Positions 52,617 through 55,631 of a DNA stretch of 55,631 nt are shown piece by piece. The notes below the pieces were generated by a model. The model was not told the DNA's origin, searched no databases, and saw nothing but the letters and a program-made list of their open reading frames with translations. The position numbers and the translations under genes were made by a program. Positions within the stretch are counted from its first letter, which is position 1. Every line of letters begins with the position of its first letter. Source of the DNA: a virus (lineage: Duplodnaviria; Caudoviricetes); IMG/VR virus record IMGVR_UViG_3300030099_001934, positions 1 to 55,631 of that record; one strand, given 5' to 3'.

Positions 52617-55220
52617 ATGAAGAGTAAGAAGTTAGTAACCAAAGGAGTAATGAGGCAACTCATTAGTAAGTTCTGTGAAGTTCACATTGATGGTGAGAAG
52701 GATTACATCGGCCCAAATGCTGGTGATGCTCCTTTCTTCAAGTCGTGTATGGTTTACCTAAATCAAGACAACGACATTCCTGAGACTATGTATCAAGAGG
52801 CTGCTGATAGGTTCTACAAGTATAGTCAAACACAGATTCCTACACTGATGAAGTGGTGTGGTATTCCTCCTCATGTTGATGTCCAGTCTTTCCTCAAGGA
52901 CATGACTGAGATTGGAGTCAAGGCGAAAGCCAAAGCAGCATACCAAACCAAGTTGGCTTCTCGTCTACGCAAGTTCTTCAAAGACTCAGGCGAGAAACCA
53001 TCTACTGCTATGGATGCTATGTCATTTGATGAAGAGGTCATGGCTATGTGTATGGAGTATCTAAAAGAACATGCTGGCGATGATACCATCAAGCCACGAG
53101 AGGAACTACAACAGTTGTATGCAGAGACACTTGCTTCTTACATCGTCACTGAAACTGAGAAGCGAATACGAAACACTGTCAAGGCTGAGGTCTACGAAGA
53201 TGTATGGTATGGTAAGAACGATAGTGCTCGCCGCTGGCCTAAGAAGTCTCGCCGTGTCTCACTTAGATTCCCACGACACACTGCTGTCAAAGATGAACTC
53301 AAGTCCACACTTGGTTTCCCTGCTATCAAATGGAACGGAGAGTTTTGGTCGCTTACATACACAGAGGAACTACTGAACAAGGCCGCTGCTATCTTTGAGA
53401 AGCATGGCTTCTACGCTGAACAACTGACTGCTCTTGCAGCCAAAGCACCTAAGCCTGATGCAAGCAAAGCCGAGACTGATAAGAATGTATCAGCAACCAT
53501 TGAGGCTGATGTCCTTGTTCTCAAGTGGCCGTGGATTCAAGACGCTGACCTACGAACCAAAGTAATGAGCATTGTCAAAGGAGTCATGGGTCGTAAGTGG
53601 GATGGCTCTCGTAAGGCATGGAAAGTTCCTGTCTCTCAAGGTGCATTCTTGAAGGGTAGACTTGATGGTATCTATCAGCCACTCGCTGATGCTATTGCTT
53701 CTGTTGATGGTATGGCTACTGTGATTGAGTCTCAGGCTGAGCGTATTGCTTTGTCCGGTGCTGCTTCATTACATGACGAGGAGAAGATTGAGGAGATGCG
53801 TAGTCGTTTGGCTGAGCAGTTCCCCGAAGGTCGAGAGTTATATCCATTCCAGTATGTCGGTGTCCGTTTCTGTGAACTTGCTGGTGGTCGTGCTTTGATT
53901 GGTGATGACATGGGTGTGGGTAAGACTATCCAAGCCCTATCCTATGCAGCACTACATCCTGAGAACCACCCAGTCCTTGTCGTTGCACCAGCCAATGTCA
54001 AGTATAACTGGGTCAAAGAGTTCAGCACTTGGCTACCTAACCTCACGGTTGAAGCAGTGAAGAACGGCAAGTCCGACATACCTGACACTGATGTTGTCGT
54101 CATCAACTATGACTTGATGAAGAAGCAACAACTTGCGCTTGAAGATGCTGGGTTCAACATCGTCATCTTTGATGAGTCACACTACCTCAAGAACAGTAAG
54201 GCTCAGCGAACACAAGCCTCACTTGCGGTAGCCAATGCAAGTAAAGACATCATCTGTTTGTCCGGCACTGCGATTACCAACAGACCGATTGAGTTCTTCA
54301 CTACACTGAACCTGCTTCGCCCTGTTGAGTTCGGTAACTTTTTCACCTACGGAAAGAGATACTGTAATGCTCACCACACTGGTTGGGGTTGGGATTTCAA
54401 AGGCTCATCTAACGAGGCTGAGTTGCATGAGAGAACAAGAGCATTCACTATCCGCCGACTCAAGAAGGAGGTCATGGATGAACTGCCCGATAAGATTCGT
54501 CAAGTGGTTGATGTTATCCCTACACCTGCTGAGAAGAAAGCATACAACAACGCTCAGGCTATGTGGTTGAACCAGTATGCTATGCACAAAGCGAACAACT
54601 CTATCCCTGCTGGGTTTGTCTTGAACATGCTTACTGAACTACGACACCACTGTGGTATACTCAAGGTCACTGCCACTGCTAACTGGGTTCGTGAATATCG
54701 TGAGGTAACTGGTAAGCCTACCATCGTCTTCGCTCATCACAAAGATGTAGTTGAAGCGCTGGTTGATGAACTGAAAGATGATTGCACACTTGGACTCATC
54801 ACTGGTTCTGTCTCCGCTGAACAGAGACAAGAGAGAGTAGATGCATTCCAGCGTGGTGACATTGATGTTATGATTTGTTCTACTGTTGCAGCAAAGGAGG
54901 GCTTGACTCTGACTCGTGCTGACACTGTGGTATTCATTGAGCGTGAGTGGTCACCAGCATGGGAGGAGCAAGCCGAAGATAGAGTAAACCGTATCGGACA
55001 AGATGCTGAGACTGTTCACGCAGTCTACCTATCAGTGGCTGGCACTATTGATGAGAAGTTTAACTCAGTGGTTGAAGAGAAGCGAGCAGTCATACAGTCT
55101 GTGCTTGATGGTGGAGATGCGGTAGACCGTAAGGGAATTGCATCAGCACTACTCAAGTCTATGGTAGACGCTGGAGACATACCTGCTGACATGATACGAA
55201 ACTTAGGGGTGAAGGCTTGA
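52617..55220 (+). CDS. SNF2-family helicase with N-terminal HARP-like domains (SMARCAL1-like)
   Basis: Motifs IGDDMGVGKT, DESH, LSGTA and QAEDRVNRIGQ; two HARP-like units (IKWNGEFWSL and GRKWDGSRKAWKVP). Start revised to ATG 52617. Confidence 0.9.
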   Translation: MKSKKLVTKGVMRQLISKFCEVHIDGEKDYIGPNAGDAPFFKSCMVYLNQDNDIPETMYQEAADRFYKYSQTQIPTLMKWCGIPPHVDVQSFLKDMTEIGVKAKAKAAYQTKLASRLRKFFKDSGEKPSTAMDAMSFDEEVMAMCMEYLKEHAGDDTIKPREELQQLYAETLASYIVTETEKRIRNTVKAEVYEDVWYGKNDSARRWPKKSRRVSLRFPRHTAVKDELKSTLGFPAIKWNGEFWSLTYTEELLNKAAAIFEKHGFYAEQLTALAAKAPKPDASKAETDKNVSATIEADVLVLKWPWIQDADLRTKVMSIVKGVMGRKWDGSRKAWKVPVSQGAFLKGRLDGIYQPLADAIASVDGMATVIESQAERIALSGAASLHDEEKIEEMRSRLAEQFPEGRELYPFQYVGVRFCELAGGRALIGDDMGVGKTIQALSYAALHPENHPVLVVAPANVKYNWVKEFSTWLPNLTVEAVKNGKSDIPDTDVVVINYDLMKKQQLALEDAGFNIVIFDESHYLKNSKAQRTQASLAVANASKDIICLSGTAITNRPIEFFTTLNLLRPVEFGNFFTYGKRYCNAHHTGWGWDFKGSSNEAELHERTRAFTIRRLKKEVMDELPDKIRQVVDVIPTPAEKKAYNNAQAMWLNQYAMHKANNSIPAGFVLNMLTELRHHCGILKVTATANWVREYREVTGKPTIVFAHHKDVVEALVDELKDDCTLGLITGSVSAEQRQERVDAFQRGDIDVMICSTVAAKEGLTLTRADTVVFIEREWSPAWEEQAEDRVNRIGQDAETVHAVYLSVAGTIDEKFNSVVEEKRAVIQSVLDGGDAVDRKGIASALLKSMVDAGDIPADMIRNLGVKA

Positions 55221-55342
55221 GACTATTCGCTAACCTATGCAACCAGCGAGACTGCGACCAGCCTACGCTTGCTGGGTTCAGGTTCTGTCCTGAGTGTATG
55301 AAAGGTAACACTCCACGCAAAAGAAAACAAGAAGAGGAATGA
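55217..55342 (+). CDS. Small zinc-finger protein, 41 aa (not in ORF track)
   Basis: TTG start overlapping the helicase stop, SD GGGGTGA; MRLFANLCNQRDCDQPTLAGFRFCPECMKGNTPRKRKQEEE. Confidence 0.65.
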   Translation: MRLFANLCNQRDCDQPTLAGFRFCPECMKGNTPRKRKQEEE

Positions 55343-55343
55343 T

Positions 55344-55363
55344 GTTGATATATAAAGCAGCAT
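55344..55363 (+). promoter_or_regulatory. Early promoter, copy 4
   Basis: GTTGATATATAAAGCAGCAT upstream of ATG 55384. Confidence 0.8.
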
Positions 55364-55383
55364 TAAATTAGACGGTGAGAAAG

Positions 55384-55631
55384 ATGAACGAAGAACTGAA
55401 CACAACTGAAGAAAGGTGGGCATCATGGGGTGGCTCTTGGGGTAACACTGAGCCAGTCAAGGTGACTATGAAGATAACAGCAGCAGCCAACAGCGAGACT
55501 AATCGTGGTTGGTTTGAGATATATGATGTAGAGACAAGAGGCGATGCCTTTCATTGTGAAGGAGGACTGTGGTTTGATGATGACGGTTTCCTTGATGACT
55601 TCGATGGAGTCTACTCTCTTGACATGGGAGT
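55384..55631 (+). CDS. Acidic hypothetical early protein, truncated by the window edge
   Basis: GGTGA-GAAAG-ATG start; MNEELNTTEERWASWGGSWG...EGGLWFDDDGFLDDFDGVYSLDMG is open to the end of the window. Confidence 0.75.
   Translation, partial: MNEELNTTEERWASWGGSWGNTEPVKVTMKITAAANSETNRGWFEIYDVETRGDAFHCEGGLWFDDDGFLDDFDGVYSLDMG

Overview
The window is part of a tailed dsDNA virus genome (HK97-type head, probably a non-contractile tail). GGTGA/GAGGTGA ribosome-binding sites, TATA-type promoters and gene content point to an archaeal host, and it most resembles magroviruses of Marine Group II / Poseidoniales; this is an inference, as no database search was run. Positions 1-49570 are an almost uninterrupted minus-strand block. 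In transcription order it holds a cassette of tagged putative head-cargo proteins, an operon of membrane proteins around an Arf-like small GTPase, a probable TerS, TerL, HMG-CoA lyase, a LAGLIDADG protein, portal, a 1826-aa protein with a catalytically degenerate ligase fold, prohead protease/scaffold, major capsid protein, neck and tail genes, and a >1895-aa LamG protein that runs off the edge. A GC-rich repeat and hairpin junction (about 49580-51550) leads into plus-strand early genes, preceded by a shared 20-bp promoter and including a HARP-SNF2 helicase. The best candidates for novelty are: (1) a recurring A[WFY]xLLK tag at the N-termini of, and between the domains of, unrelated proteins, suggesting a capsid-targeting and Lys-specific processing system that loads GNAT, kinase-like and HExxH effectors into virions; (2) a eukaryote-like Arf-type GTPase in a membrane-protein operon; (3) an apparently dead ligase in the head module; (4) two inverted-repeat/AT-rich elements 10.3 kb apart. 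No tRNA, rRNA, CRISPR array or integrase was recognised.
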